Positions 1 through 9,595 are shown, counted from the stretch's first letter. The stretch: 64,000 bases of DNA from Methylococcaceae bacterium (GCA_021647145.1 JAKIVF010000001.1:2743-66742); one strand, 5' to 3'. Numbers and translations: made by a program. Notes: a model not told the origin generated them from the sequence alone.

Positions 1-656
1 TCGCCTCTAATTCGTTTGTGCCGCCAACCTAAATACATTGGGTCATCCAGTAATGCCTGATTATTTGTCCCTACATCTAAAGTGATGGGTAAGGTATAGG
101 CGGGACTAATACCCCCACATCCAGAATATAGTGCTAACTTTCCGATAGGTATTCCCATGCCGCCTATTCCTTGGTCTCCAAGCCCTAAAATACGTTCGCT
201 GTCGGTAACTACAATAATTTTTACTTTTTGTTTGGTTGCATTTTGTAGTAAATCATCCATTTTTTCCTGATTAGGAAAAGATAAGAACAAGCCTCTTTTT
301 CGACGATAAATCTGTGAAAATAGTTGGCAAGCCAAACCTACAGTTGGAGTGTAGATAATCGGCATCATTTCTTCAAGATGGCTAGTTAGTAATTTAAAGT
401 AAAGCGTTTCGTTGGTGTCTTGAATATTACGTAGATAGATGTGCTTATCAAGGTCATTATCAAACTTGGAAAATTGGTGATATGACCTTTTTTCTTGTTC
501 TTCAATTGTTTCAATTGAAATGGGTAATAAACCATCCAGATTAAAATCGTGCCTTTCTTGTTCTGTAAATGCAGAGCCTTTATTAAGTAATGCAGTTTCT
601 AACAAAACTGAGCCTGCATAATGGGTATATAAGGGGCGCTTTTTAGTTGTTGTCAT
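1..656 (-). CDS. maeA: NAD-dependent malic enzyme, N-terminal part (gene runs off the window start)
   Basis: My own reverse-strand translation from the ATG at 656-654 gives [45 protein letters not shown]...[11 protein letters not shown]...[29 protein letters not shown]. These are conserved malic-enzyme N-terminal motifs. It is absent from the ORF track because it is truncated by the window edge. Confidence 0.85.
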   Translation of the reverse strand, partial: MTTTKKRPLYTHYAGSVLLETALLNKGSAFTEQERHDFNLDGLLPISIETIEEQEKRSYHQFSKFDNDLDKHIYLRNIQDTNETLYFKLLTSHLEEMMPIIYTPTVGLACQLFSQIYRRKRGLFLSFPNQEKMDDLLQNATKQKVKIIVVTDSERILGLGDQGIGGMGIPIGKLALYSGCGGISPAYTLPITLDVGTNNQALLDDPMYLGWRHKRIRG

Positions 657-842
657 TTTTTATCTCAATATGTATTTGATACAGACTAATTTCAATCTTG
701 ACTAGTCTTTTTTGTAAAATAAAAACTACTAGCAATTCAGCTTATAATAAACCTTTTAGATCATGCTATTTAATCATTGTGTCATGAACCTTATATCGGA
801 TAGGTTGAAATTTCTTTTTTGCGATGAAAACTGGGGAAGAAA

Positions 843-1781
843 TTGAATTTTAATAACATTTGTCAACGTTTTACCAATGCATTTCCAGTTTGGGTAATTA
901 GTTCTGGAATCATAGCAATGGTTTATCCTCCAGCGCTGACTTGGTTCCAAGGGCCGTTTATTACCTATGGACTTGGAGTTATTATGCTAGGAATGGGGTT
1001 AACACTTAGTCTGCAAGATTTTAAACGAATTCTTATCTATCCAAAATGGATTTTATTAGGTGTTATTTTACAATATACAGTGATGCCCTTTGCTGGCTTA
1101 GTCTTGGCTAATTTATTTGAATTACCTAAAATGATGGCGGTTGGGTTGATATTGGTTGCTTCTTGTCCAGGAGGAACAGCATCTAATGTAGTCGCATTTA
1201 TTGCTAAAGCGAATGTTGCGTTATCAGTCAGTATGACGGCCTTATCAACATTGCTAGCTATAATTATGACGCCATTATTAACAGACTATTTAGTAGGAAG
1301 TCGTTTAGAAGTCGATGCATGGAAACTATTTTTGGGTACTGTAAAAGTTGTGCTTGTGCCTATTCTACTTGGCGTTGGTTTAAATACTTTTTTTCATAAA
1401 ACAACGGTAAAAATTCTGCCGATTGCGCCGCCAATTGCTGTGATTACAATTGCCTTAATTGTTGGAAGCATTATTGGGCAGGGTAAGACTGAAATAATAG
1501 CATCAGGGTCAAATCTATTTCTCGCTATTGGGTTGCTACACCTATTTGGGTTTGTATTAGGTTATATGATAAGCAAGATGGTGTTTAAAGATGAACAAGT
1601 GGCCAGAACTATTTCAATTGAAGTTGGCATGCAAAATTCCGGACTTGGAGTTGTATTAGCAAAACAGAACTTTGGTCAAATGGCGACCATACCTGGCGCA
1701 ATTTCTGCGTTAACGCATTGTATTTATGGCAGCATTGCTGTATATCTATGGGGCAGAAAAAAACGAGCCAAAATATCCTAG
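843..1781 (+). CDS. bile acid:Na+ symporter (BASS/SBF) family transporter
   Basis: 312-aa polytopic membrane ORF with the family-typical helices GLILVASCPGGTASNV and ISIEVGMQNSGLGVVLA. The TTG start at 843 is preceded by GGGGAAG. Confidence 0.8.
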   Translation: MNFNNICQRFTNAFPVWVISSGIIAMVYPPALTWFQGPFITYGLGVIMLGMGLTLSLQDFKRILIYPKWILLGVILQYTVMPFAGLVLANLFELPKMMAVGLILVASCPGGTASNVVAFIAKANVALSVSMTALSTLLAIIMTPLLTDYLVGSRLEVDAWKLFLGTVKVVLVPILLGVGLNTFFHKTTVKILPIAPPIAVITIALIVGSIIGQGKTEIIASGSNLFLAIGLLHLFGFVLGYMISKMVFKDEQVARTISIEVGMQNSGLGVVLAKQNFGQMATIPGAISALTHCIYGSIAVYLWGRKKRAKIS

Positions 1782-1904
1782 AATTATAATGAATTTTTTA
1801 GATTGTTTTTTTATTTCATTAGAAATTGTATGGGAGATGGAGTTTTTTTTTAAATAAGATTAAAATATTTCTAATCTAAAAATAATAAAGAGGAAGGTTG
1901 TAAA

Positions 1905-2252
1905 ATGAAGATAAATATATTTTTTTTAATGGCTATGTTGGTTACCTTTTCCAGTCAGTCTTTTGCTACCAATGTAGATGAGTGGAATTATGAAAATATA
2001 ACCGGAACTTTAAAGCCTACGCCAGGATGTAAAGATAAGGAAAAAGCATCAAAACAAGCTTCAAGTGGTTATCGATTTAAAAAGTATGCAAAATTACTTT
2101 GTGGTTCTAAAGGCTACGGTTGGGCGATTGACGAGATTGTAGATAATGGAGAAATAATTTGTGAAGAGTGTGAAGGAGACTATGAAAATACAGAAAAATA
2201 TCGCTGCCATGTGAAAGATGTTGTAGTGAAATGCAAGCAAGTTGCACGTTAA
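1905..2252 (+). CDS. small secreted cysteine-rich protein, no family recognised
   Basis: 115-aa ORF with a strong SD (AAGAGGAAGG) just upstream of the ATG. It has a signal peptide (MKINIFFLMAMLVTFSSQSFA) and 7 Cys in the mature part. Confidence 0.55.
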   Translation: MKINIFFLMAMLVTFSSQSFATNVDEWNYENITGTLKPTPGCKDKEKASKQASSGYRFKKYAKLLCGSKGYGWAIDEIVDNGEIICEECEGDYENTEKYRCHVKDVVVKCKQVAR

Positions 2253-2305
2253 GAAATTACTTAGTTTCATTTCGTAATGACACAATACTAAGTTTGATTC
2301 AGTAG

Positions 2306-2335
2306 GTTGGGCTGCCATCTTTATGGCAGCCCAAC
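2306..2335. terminator. GC-rich hairpin between convergent genes (likely bidirectional terminator)
   Basis: Perfect 13-bp inverted repeat GTTGGGCTGCCAT (2306-2318) / ATGGCAGCCCAAC (2323-2335) with a 4-nt loop. No clear U-run follows on either strand. Confidence 0.55.
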
Positions 2336-2406
2336 ATCACACAGTGTGAAAAAAATTTTTAGTATTGGCGCTTTTAATTCAATTCTGAATTGTTTAAGCC
2401 ATAATG

Positions 2407-2820
2407 TTAAAAAGTATCATCAAAGTATAAAGCTGTTTTTGAGAAACGGTCATGGAACGTATAGTGCTTTTTATCTATTATCTTCCAAAAAAAACCTAAG
2501 CCTACAACCCCCCAGGAAATAATAGCAAGAGAGAAACGTTTTAATGAAAGCAACCAGCTAATTGCTTGATTATCATGTGTTCTAATCCTAATTTTCCAAG
2601 TTTTCATTCCAAGCGTTTGTCCTCCGTGCGTCCAAAACCAGCCATAATAAACAAAGCTAACGCATAGAATATAGATAGGGAAAAAATATTGGGATGCTGA
2701 AAATGCTTCACCATTATTGAAAGGTAAAACAATAGCAGTTGCCAAAAAAAGTAATGCTAATAAAAGTAATCCATCATAGATAATAATTGCTATGTGACGA
2801 AAAAAACCAGGTGATTTCAT
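2407..2820 (-). CDS. RDD family membrane protein
   Basis: 137-aa ORF with three hydrophobic segments. FFRHIAIIIYDGLLLLAL and WTHGGQTLGMKTWKIRI resemble RDD-domain proteins. Confidence 0.65.
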   Translation of the reverse strand: MKSPGFFRHIAIIIYDGLLLLALLFLATAIVLPFNNGEAFSASQYFFPIYILCVSFVYYGWFWTHGGQTLGMKTWKIRIRTHDNQAISWLLSLKRFSLAIISWGVVGLGFFWKIIDKKHYTFHDRFSKTALYFDDTF

Positions 2821-2861
2821 AAAAAAATTTTTGTCTGGTTTTATCGTCTTGGAAGAAGATA

Positions 2862-3041
2862 TTACGATTTAAAAAGAGCGAGTTTTTGACCATAATACAT
2901 ACTCATTACAATTAGAGCACCTAGCATCACAAGAGAAAAAATAAATGGCGGTTTATGTAATAGCAAAATAGCTAAATCAGCCACATAAATACTGGTTAAA
3001 AAAGGTCTCTCAATTAAGCCAGTCATAATCTTTTTAAACAT
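2862..3041 (-). CDS. small two-TM membrane protein (hypothetical)
   Basis: The track ORF 2862..3077 starts at a GTG with no SD. The internal ATG at 3041-3039 is preceded by GGAGAG plus a 4-nt spacer and gives a 59-aa product, MFKKIMTGLIERPFL.... It lies on the same strand, 41 nt upstream of the RDD gene. Confidence 0.4.
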   Translation of the reverse strand: MFKKIMTGLIERPFLTSIYVADLAILLLHKPPFIFSLVMLGALIVMSMYYGQKLALFKS

Positions 3042-3260
3042 AAAACTCTCCGAAGCAATGTCGCCTATAATAAACACGAGTGATTGTAAGCCTATTTTAA
3101 AAAAAATTCAATTTTCTAGGTTATAAGGTTAAGTTTCAGTTTAGCTTTAACAAACTGAAATACCAATACTCTTTAGTTGGGATGGATTTACGCAAAGTGA
3201 TATGATGTATCTTTCGTTTAATTATACTTAACAAAAATAGAAAAAAACAAAAGGTATAAA

Positions 3261-4637
3261 ATTATTTTAAAATATTTTAAATCAATATTCAGTCCATCTG
3301 ATAAGGCTAAATCAACAAAAGTACCAGATAAAAAAACTAAGAAGAATAAGCAGGTTAAGATTTATTCTCGTTCAGAGCATACTATTTCACGAACACAAAT
3401 TAGTGAGAATGCTCTAAAGGTTTTATATAGACTGAAAAATGCAGGGTATGAAGCGTATCTAGTGGGTGGTTGTGTGCGTGATTTGTTACTAGGGTTAGAG
3501 CCTAAAGACTTTGATGTGGCGACAAATGCTAGTCCAGAACAAGTTAGAAAAGCATTTCGTAATTGTCGGTTAATAGGTCGACGTTTTCGTTTGGCTCATG
3601 TCCATTTTGGAAGGGAGATTATTGAAGTTGCAACTTTTAGAAGCTCCGAAAAAGGAAATGAAAATGACCAAAAGGTTCATGAGGATGGTCGTTTATTACG
3701 AGATAATGTTTTTGGAAATATAGAAGACGATGCTTGGCGTAGAGATTTTACGGTTAATGCTTTGTATTACAATATTCAGGATTTTTCTATAGTTGACTAT
3801 ACCAGCGGTATGGAGGATCACAAAGCAGGGGTTCTAAGGTTAATTGGTGATCCAATTACTCGTTACAGAGAAGATCCGGTTAGAATGCTCAGAGCAATAA
3901 GGTTTGCAGTTAAATTAGGGTTTACCTTGGATTCAGAATGTGAAAAGCTTATCTATGAATTAGCTCCTTTATTAGAGGGTATTCCTGCTTCAAGACTTTA
4001 TGATGAAGCTTTAAAAATGTTTTTAACAGGAAAAGGACTGCAAACATTCGAAATGCTTCGACATTATGGTTTGTTTTCTGCGCTTTTTCCTCAATCTGAA
4101 CAATGCTTAGCTATTGAAGAAAATGGTTTTCCCCGGTTATTTATTGCAAGAGCTTTAGAAAATTCAGATAACCGTATTACTGAAGGTAAGAGTGTTACCC
4201 CTTATTTTTTACTATCAGCTTTTCTATGGGAGCCAGTACAGACATTAGCAGGTGAAAAAATTAAAAAAGGCGATGATACTAATTTTGCACTTCAAAATGC
4301 TGCTAGCGATGTTTTATCAAAGCAGGTAAAGGCATTATCTATACCAAAACGAGTTACTCAATCGATGCGGGAAGTTTGGTTGTTACAGGGAAGATTCAGC
4401 AAACGAATGGGTGCAAGGCCTTTTCGCTTATTGGAGCATCCACGGTTTAGAGCTGCCTACGATTTTTTATTGTTACGTGCTGAAACCGGAGGCGCTGAAA
4501 AGGAACTGGCTGAATGGTGGACAAAATTTCAATTTGCAAATGATGTTGAGCAGAAGAAAATGGCTCGACCTCCAAGAAAGCAAAAAAAGAGAAAGAAAAA
4601 AATAGTCAAGCGAGCAACACCAAAGAATGATGGCTGA
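3261..4637 (+). CDS. pcnB: poly(A) polymerase I; start codon uncertain, probably non-canonical ATT
   Basis: Motifs GGCVRDLLLG..PKDFDV, RLIGRRFRLAHV and RDFTVNALYY, plus a basic C-terminal tail. PcnB-like sequence (ISENALKVLYRLKNAGYEAYLVGG) continues upstream of the track start at 3462. The frame is open back to the TAA at 3219-3221 with no in-frame ATG, GTG or TTG. ATT codons at 3261 and 3264 follow AAGG (3251-3254). Confidence 0.85.
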   Translation: MILKYFKSIFSPSDKAKSTKVPDKKTKKNKQVKIYSRSEHTISRTQISENALKVLYRLKNAGYEAYLVGGCVRDLLLGLEPKDFDVATNASPEQVRKAFRNCRLIGRRFRLAHVHFGREIIEVATFRSSEKGNENDQKVHEDGRLLRDNVFGNIEDDAWRRDFTVNALYYNIQDFSIVDYTSGMEDHKAGVLRLIGDPITRYREDPVRMLRAIRFAVKLGFTLDSECEKLIYELAPLLEGIPASRLYDEALKMFLTGKGLQTFEMLRHYGLFSALFPQSEQCLAIEENGFPRLFIARALENSDNRITEGKSVTPYFLLSAFLWEPVQTLAGEKIKKGDDTNFALQNAASDVLSKQVKALSIPKRVTQSMREVWLLQGRFSKRMGARPFRLLEHPRFRAAYDFLLLRAETGGAEKELAEWWTKFQFANDVEQKKMARPPRKQKKRKKKIVKRATPKNDG

Positions 4638-5115
4638 AGTATATATAGGGTTGGGCAGTAATCTTGAAAATCCAGCTGAACAAATCAGGCGAGCTAGAGT
4701 AGTTATTGCTAAGCAAGCAAATATTTCCGAGATTAATTTTTCAAGCTTGTATAGTAGCCCTCCAATGGGGCCACAGGATCAGCCTGACTATGTTAATGCA
4801 GTAATGAGTGTTGGTACTGATTTATTTGCTATAGATATATTAAAAGTGTTACAAAAAATTGAAAGTGATTTTGGACGCGTTAGAAAAGGCCAACGGTGGG
4901 GAGCGAGAATTTTAGACCTTGATTTGTTGTTATATGCAGACCAACAAATTAATTTGCCAGATTTAATTGTTCCTCATATAGGGCTATCTGAAAGAGCATT
5001 TGTAATGTATCCATTAGCAGAAATAGCACCAGGAAATTTGCTGGTTCCAGGAAAAAAAACAATTAAACAATTGCTTACTAATTGTTCTTTGGATGGTTTA
5101 GAGAAGTTGGCGTAA
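4627..5115 (+). CDS. folK: 2-amino-4-hydroxy-6-hydroxymethyldihydropteridine pyrophosphokinase (HPPK)
   Basis: Motifs GSNLENPAEQI, PPMGPQDQPDYVNAV and RWGARILDLDLLLY. It overlaps the pcnB 3' end by 11 nt. The pcnB-folK-panBC order matches E. coli. Confidence 0.9.
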   Translation: MMAEVYIGLGSNLENPAEQIRRARVVIAKQANISEINFSSLYSSPPMGPQDQPDYVNAVMSVGTDLFAIDILKVLQKIESDFGRVRKGQRWGARILDLDLLLYADQQINLPDLIVPHIGLSERAFVMYPLAEIAPGNLLVPGKKTIKQLLTNCSLDGLEKLA

Positions 5116-5933
5116 TGGCTTTAATTGAAAATAAACTCGCACCTCAGGCTCTTTCAATACTTGATTTATTTGCAATGAAGCAGGCTGATGAAAAAATTAG
5201 CTGTTTAACGGCCTATGATGCAAGCTTTAGTTTACTGGTAGATCAGGCTGGAATTGATATTATATTAGTTGGTGATTCACTAGGAATGGTGGTTCAAGGT
5301 AAAGCAACGACAGTTCCTGTTTCTATAGATGAAATGGTTTATCACTCGCGATGTGTGACTCATGTAAGAAAACGAGCATTTGTCATCTCTGACTTACCTT
5401 TTTTAAGTTATTCTTCAATTGATCTTGCTTTAATAAATGCAGCCAAGCTTATGCAGCAGGGTGGCGCGCAGATGGTGAAACTTGAAGGTGCTCATGCTTC
5501 TATTATTGAATCTTTAGTTAATTTTGGAGTACCTGTTTGTGGACATTTAGGCTTGCTGCCACAATCTATTAATCAGTTAGGTAAATATAAAATTCAAGGA
5601 AAAAATGATCAAGATGCGGAGAAAATTATGGATGATGCAAAGCAAATTGAACAAGCAGGTGCTAGCTTATTGGTTCTTGAGTGTGTTCCTTCAGGTTTGG
5701 CTGCAAAAATTTCAAAACAACTGAAGATACCTGTAATTGGTATTGGTGCAGGCCTAGCCTGTGATGGTCAGGTCTTGGTGCTGTATGATATGCTAGGAAT
5801 CAGTCTAGGGGAGCGTCCAAAATTTTCTAAAAATTTTATGGAAACAGCGACAGATATTGCTGGAGCTATTAGTCAATTTCATCAGTCAGTTAAGCAATCA
5901 GAATTTCCAACTTTTGACCATAGCTATTCATAG
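5115..5933 (+). CDS. panB: 3-methyl-2-oxobutanoate hydroxymethyltransferase
   Basis: Motifs LTAYDASFS, ILVGDSLGMVVQG and VKLEG. I prefer the ATG at 5115, which shares a TAATG overlap with the folK stop, over the upstream track start at 5082. Confidence 0.9.
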   Translation: MALIENKLAPQALSILDLFAMKQADEKISCLTAYDASFSLLVDQAGIDIILVGDSLGMVVQGKATTVPVSIDEMVYHSRCVTHVRKRAFVISDLPFLSYSSIDLALINAAKLMQQGGAQMVKLEGAHASIIESLVNFGVPVCGHLGLLPQSINQLGKYKIQGKNDQDAEKIMDDAKQIEQAGASLLVLECVPSGLAAKISKQLKIPVIGIGAGLACDGQVLVLYDMLGISLGERPKFSKNFMETATDIAGAISQFHQSVKQSEFPTFDHSYS

Positions 5934-5934
5934 T

Positions 5935-6777
5935 ATGCAAAAAGTGAGATCTATTGCTCAATTAAAGAAAAATCTTCATCAATGGCGCAAACAAAACCTA
6001 AGTATTGCTTTTGTCCCAACCATGGGTAACCTTCATGAAGGGCATATAAAACTTGTTTTGGCTGCAAGAAAAAAAGCAGACAAAGTTGTTGTTAGTATAT
6101 TTGTTAATCCAACTCAATTTGGTGTTGGCGAAGATTTTGAAAGTTACCCAAGGACAGAAGAGGATGATGAAATAAAACTAAAAGAAGCGTGCGCTGATTT
6201 GCTTTTTTTACCCTCTGTTCTTGAAATATATCCAGAAGCAATGGAAACTATAGTGTCTGTTACTAAGTTATCAACAAGGCATTGTGGTAAAAGTCGACCA
6301 AATCATTTTAATGGCGTTGCTACTATAGTTGTTAAATTGCTCAATATGGTTCAGCCTGACATAGCTTTTTTTGGGGAAAAGGATTTTCAGCAGTTGGCAA
6401 TAATACGAAAAATGGTGAATGATCTAAATATTTCTTGTGAAATAATTGGAGTTGAAACAGAAAGAGAATTAGACGGCTTAGCAATGAGTTCTCGAAATAA
6501 TTATTTAACAGAAAGTGAAAGAAAAATAGCGCCAAAGTTATATCATTCTATTTGTAAGGCGCGAGAAAATGTTCTTCTTGGCGTGAAAGATTTAAAAGTA
6601 ATTGAGAAAGAGCAGTATGATTACCTGGCATCTTTAGGTTTCGTTGTGGATTATTTTTCTATTTGTAGATGCGATAATTTGCAGCCCGCCAAAGTCAGTG
6701 ATAATGAAATAGTTATTCTAGTTGCTGCTAAACTCGGAAAGCCCCGTTTAATTGATAATATTTATTTTTCTAGATAG
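5935..6777 (+). CDS. panC: pantoate-beta-alanine ligase
   Basis: Motifs FVPTMGNLHEGH and SIFVNPTQF. The ATG at 5935 lies 1 nt after the panB stop (TAG 5931-5933). The track start at 5857 would overlap panB. Confidence 0.9.
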   Translation: MQKVRSIAQLKKNLHQWRKQNLSIAFVPTMGNLHEGHIKLVLAARKKADKVVVSIFVNPTQFGVGEDFESYPRTEEDDEIKLKEACADLLFLPSVLEIYPEAMETIVSVTKLSTRHCGKSRPNHFNGVATIVVKLLNMVQPDIAFFGEKDFQQLAIIRKMVNDLNISCEIIGVETERELDGLAMSSRNNYLTESERKIAPKLYHSICKARENVLLGVKDLKVIEKEQYDYLASLGFVVDYFSICRCDNLQPAKVSDNEIVILVAAKLGKPRLIDNIYFSR

Positions 6778-6826
6778 GCTTTAATAACTTTCACAACACG
6801 CAAGAACACGATTTAAAAAATAATTC

Positions 6827-8674
6827 ATGAAAGTTTTATCATTTTTATTCATATTACTGCTGAGTGTTACAGTATTTTCAGCACCCACCCCATCACAAAA
6901 AAAGATAGAAAGGTTTGTTGATGCGTTAAAAAATATTAATTCACAACTGTCCCTTGTAAGTAGCGAAAGGGATATTAATACTCTGTTAGAGAGAAAAATT
7001 GATGTTTTAGATAAATTGCTTGCTCAGCTAAAGCTTGAAGAGGTAGATCAGTTGCCACCAGCCAACCTTGGGAGAAATATTGACCTGCTGGAGTCTCGGA
7101 TTAAATTAAATAAGGAAAGAAACAACCTTATTGCTGCACAGCGAGATCAAATTAAGTTGGCAGAGCATAAAGTTAATTTGGCAATAAAAAAATATCTAGA
7201 ATACTTAATTAAAGTATCAAAAAACTATCAGAGTATAGAGTCTATTGTCGGTCGATCTCAACACTTGCTAGATAAAAGCAGAAAAAAATCGAAAAAAATT
7301 GTTTTGCCCGAAGTAACTAGTGAAAGTAGTGTTTTTTTTGAGTTGAAAAGTAATTATCAGCGCTATAAGCAGACAAATGAAAGCTATCAGGATATTCTGA
7401 AATATGTTATCAGTAATCCTAGAAAAATATCTTCTGTCCATTGGTTTCAAGAGTTTTCCCTGTTGTCTGCAATTTCATATATAAATCACTTTGATTTTAT
7501 CCGTCCAGTTAACTATAAACTAGCTCCTTTTAAAGTAGATGTGGGTGGGATAGTTCTCTCATTTATTATTTATTTTCTGGTTTATTTTTGTTACCCCTTT
7601 ATTTTTAAATTCACTAGCTGGTGTGTTGAAAATTATGTGATTGATGAGAAAGCTGAGCAACAGGAGATGATTTATCATGAAATAAGAAAGCCTATTAGGG
7701 CTTTACTCATCTTTTTTGGGCTTAATTTAGGGACATATGCTTTTTTTTATAAAACAGATTATCGCTCGTCTTTAGAAGGGTTCTCTTTTATTGTTTACAG
7801 TATTATTCTTATTTGGCTGATTTTTAAGTTTATAGATAGCCTTGTTCTAGTTCAGATTCAAAAGCTATCAAAGGCTAATATTCAGTTAAGAAAAGAGCTA
7901 TTTAACCTTGGGGTGCAAACCTCAAAAGGATTGGTTATTATGTTTTTTTTAGCTCTTGGTCTTAACCATTTTGGTATTAGTCTGACTGCAATAATGTCGA
8001 CACTGGGGGTTGGTGGGCTTGCATTTGCTTTGGCTGCCAAGGACACGCTTTCGAATTTATTTGGTGGAATGACCATCTTGTTTGATAATGTTTTTAAAAT
8101 GGGTGATTGGGTTAAGGTCGGTGATGTGGAAGGGACTGTGGCAGAAATTGGATTACGAAGTACCACCGTTCGAACTTTTGATAATGCCTTAATTACGATA
8201 CCCAATTCATTGGTTTCGGTCTCGAGTGTGATGAACTGGAATCGTCGTGCTGTTGGGCGCCGAATAAAAATGTACATTAGCGTGACTTATGAAAGTGATA
8301 TGGAAAATCTACGAAAGGGGGTAGAGGATATTAGGAATATGCTCAAAGTACATCCTGATATTGCAAACCCTGAGCATAAACATGCGATCAAAATGATGGG
8401 GTTTAAGAAGTTTATGTCGAAAGAAGATACTCAAGGTATAAAATCGAATCAGTTGGTTTTTGTAGATAGATACAATGATTTTTCTATTGATATATTGTTT
8501 TATTGTTTTACTAGAACGGTTAATTGGGTGGAGTGGTTAGCCGTTAAAGAAGATGTGCTCTACAAGATTGCAGAAATATTAAAAAAAAATCATTTAGAAT
8601 TTGCTTATCCTACGCAAGTAAGAATTCATCGGGAAGAGAGTGCTCGAGATGTCGCTAGTAGTGCTTTTAAATAA
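6827..8674 (+). CDS. mechanosensitive ion channel (MscS family), with signal peptide and long coiled-coil N-terminal domain
   Basis: 615-aa ORF with a signal-like N-terminus, a coiled-coil region and several TM segments. It carries the MscS beta-domain motif GDWVKVGDVEGTVAEIGLRSTTVRTFDNALITIPNS. Confidence 0.85.
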   Translation: MKVLSFLFILLLSVTVFSAPTPSQKKIERFVDALKNINSQLSLVSSERDINTLLERKIDVLDKLLAQLKLEEVDQLPPANLGRNIDLLESRIKLNKERNNLIAAQRDQIKLAEHKVNLAIKKYLEYLIKVSKNYQSIESIVGRSQHLLDKSRKKSKKIVLPEVTSESSVFFELKSNYQRYKQTNESYQDILKYVISNPRKISSVHWFQEFSLLSAISYINHFDFIRPVNYKLAPFKVDVGGIVLSFIIYFLVYFCYPFIFKFTSWCVENYVIDEKAEQQEMIYHEIRKPIRALLIFFGLNLGTYAFFYKTDYRSSLEGFSFIVYSIILIWLIFKFIDSLVLVQIQKLSKANIQLRKELFNLGVQTSKGLVIMFFLALGLNHFGISLTAIMSTLGVGGLAFALAAKDTLSNLFGGMTILFDNVFKMGDWVKVGDVEGTVAEIGLRSTTVRTFDNALITIPNSLVSVSSVMNWNRRAVGRRIKMYISVTYESDMENLRKGVEDIRNMLKVHPDIANPEHKHAIKMMGFKKFMSKEDTQGIKSNQLVFVDRYNDFSIDILFYCFTRTVNWVEWLAVKEDVLYKIAEILKKNHLEFAYPTQVRIHREESARDVASSAFK

Positions 8675-8850
8675 AGTTGAGTTTTTTATAAAGGAAGTAA
8701 TCGAGAATTAAAGTCTAAAATTACAGAGCAGTAGATGTGGAAACCTCGTTTAAGTAAGTCCTGGTTAGCAGCTTTACCATACTAAGATAATTTGAAAGGA
8801 AGTAATAATTGGGGCATAATACTCGACCACATAGCCATCTAAGAACTAAT

Positions 8851-9231
8851 ATGCAAATTACCATGCTTAAAGCAAAATTACACAGAGCCACAGTAACCCA
8901 TTCAGAATTGGGTTATGAGGGGTCGTGTGCTATAGATGGCAAAATTCTTGATTTTTCAGGAATTAGAGAGTACGAGCAAATTCAAATATATAATATCAAT
9001 ACAGGTGGGCGTTTTACTACCTACGCTATTAGAGCTGAAGAAAGCTCTGGGATTTTTTCTGTTAACGGAGCGGCTGCTCGTCTTGCATGCCAAGGTGATC
9101 TGATTATTGTGTGCGCGTTTGCTGAATTTGATGAACATGAAATGAAAAATTACAAACCAACTTTGGTTTATTTTAACGAACAAAATGAGATAACTCATTC
9201 TAGTCATTCTATCTCTGTTCAAGTCGCATAA
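8851..9231 (+). CDS. panD: aspartate 1-decarboxylase
   Basis: [30 protein letters not shown] includes the Gly-Ser self-processing site. I prefer the ATG at 8851 to the track start at 8809. Confidence 0.9.
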   Translation: MQITMLKAKLHRATVTHSELGYEGSCAIDGKILDFSGIREYEQIQIYNINTGGRFTTYAIRAEESSGIFSVNGAAARLACQGDLIIVCAFAEFDEHEMKNYKPTLVYFNEQNEITHSSHSISVQVA

Positions 9232-9385
9232 CCTATTGGAATAAGTCCCTTAACTTAAGCTTCCTTCTTTACTAATCATAGTTATACTTTGCTCAGTCAC
9301 GGGCGTGAATTCCAAGTTTTGTTGGGATGTTTTGATATAAAATTCTGCTAGAAAATGAGACAGGTAATTATCGGTTTTTATGTCC

Positions 9386-9415
9386 TTTATCAGGCTCTAT
9401 CTTGAGCCTGATAAA
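9386..9415. terminator. hairpin between convergent panD and rpmG
   Basis: 12-bp inverted repeat TTTATCAGGCTC (9386-9397) / GAGCCTGATAAA (9404-9415) with a 6-nt loop. There is no strong U-run. Confidence 0.4.
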
Positions 9416-9427
9416 CTTAGAAGAAGG

Positions 9428-9583
9428 TTATTTAATTTTTGCTTCTTTATACATAACATGCTTCCGGGCCACAGGATCATATTTTTTGATCTCCATTTTT
9501 TCTGGCATGGTTCTTTTGTTTTTGGTTGTGGTATAGAAGTGACCGTTACCTTCTGAAGATACTAATTTAATTTTATCGCGCAT
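9428..9583 (-). CDS. rpmG: 50S ribosomal protein L33
   Basis: Not in the ORF track because it is only 51 aa. My translation is [51 protein letters not shown], which matches the L33 consensus. It sits 12 nt downstream of rpmB. Confidence 0.92.
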   Translation of the reverse strand: MRDKIKLVSSEGNGHFYTTTKNKRTMPEKMEIKKYDPVARKHVMYKEAKIK

Positions 9584-9595
9584 TGTATTGTCTCC

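Noticed and set aside
2094-2522. Track ORFs 2094..2318 (-) and 2307..2522 (+)
   Set aside because: They overlap the Cys-rich gene, the RDD gene and the terminator hairpin. They have no SD and implausible composition.
7882-8277. 131-aa minus-strand ORF inside the MscS gene; similar antisense ORFs at 20334..20669, 33093..33356, 30054..30332, 24544..24804 and 49513..49779
   Set aside because: Each lies wholly inside a gene with strong family motifs on the other strand. None has recognisable motifs of its own.
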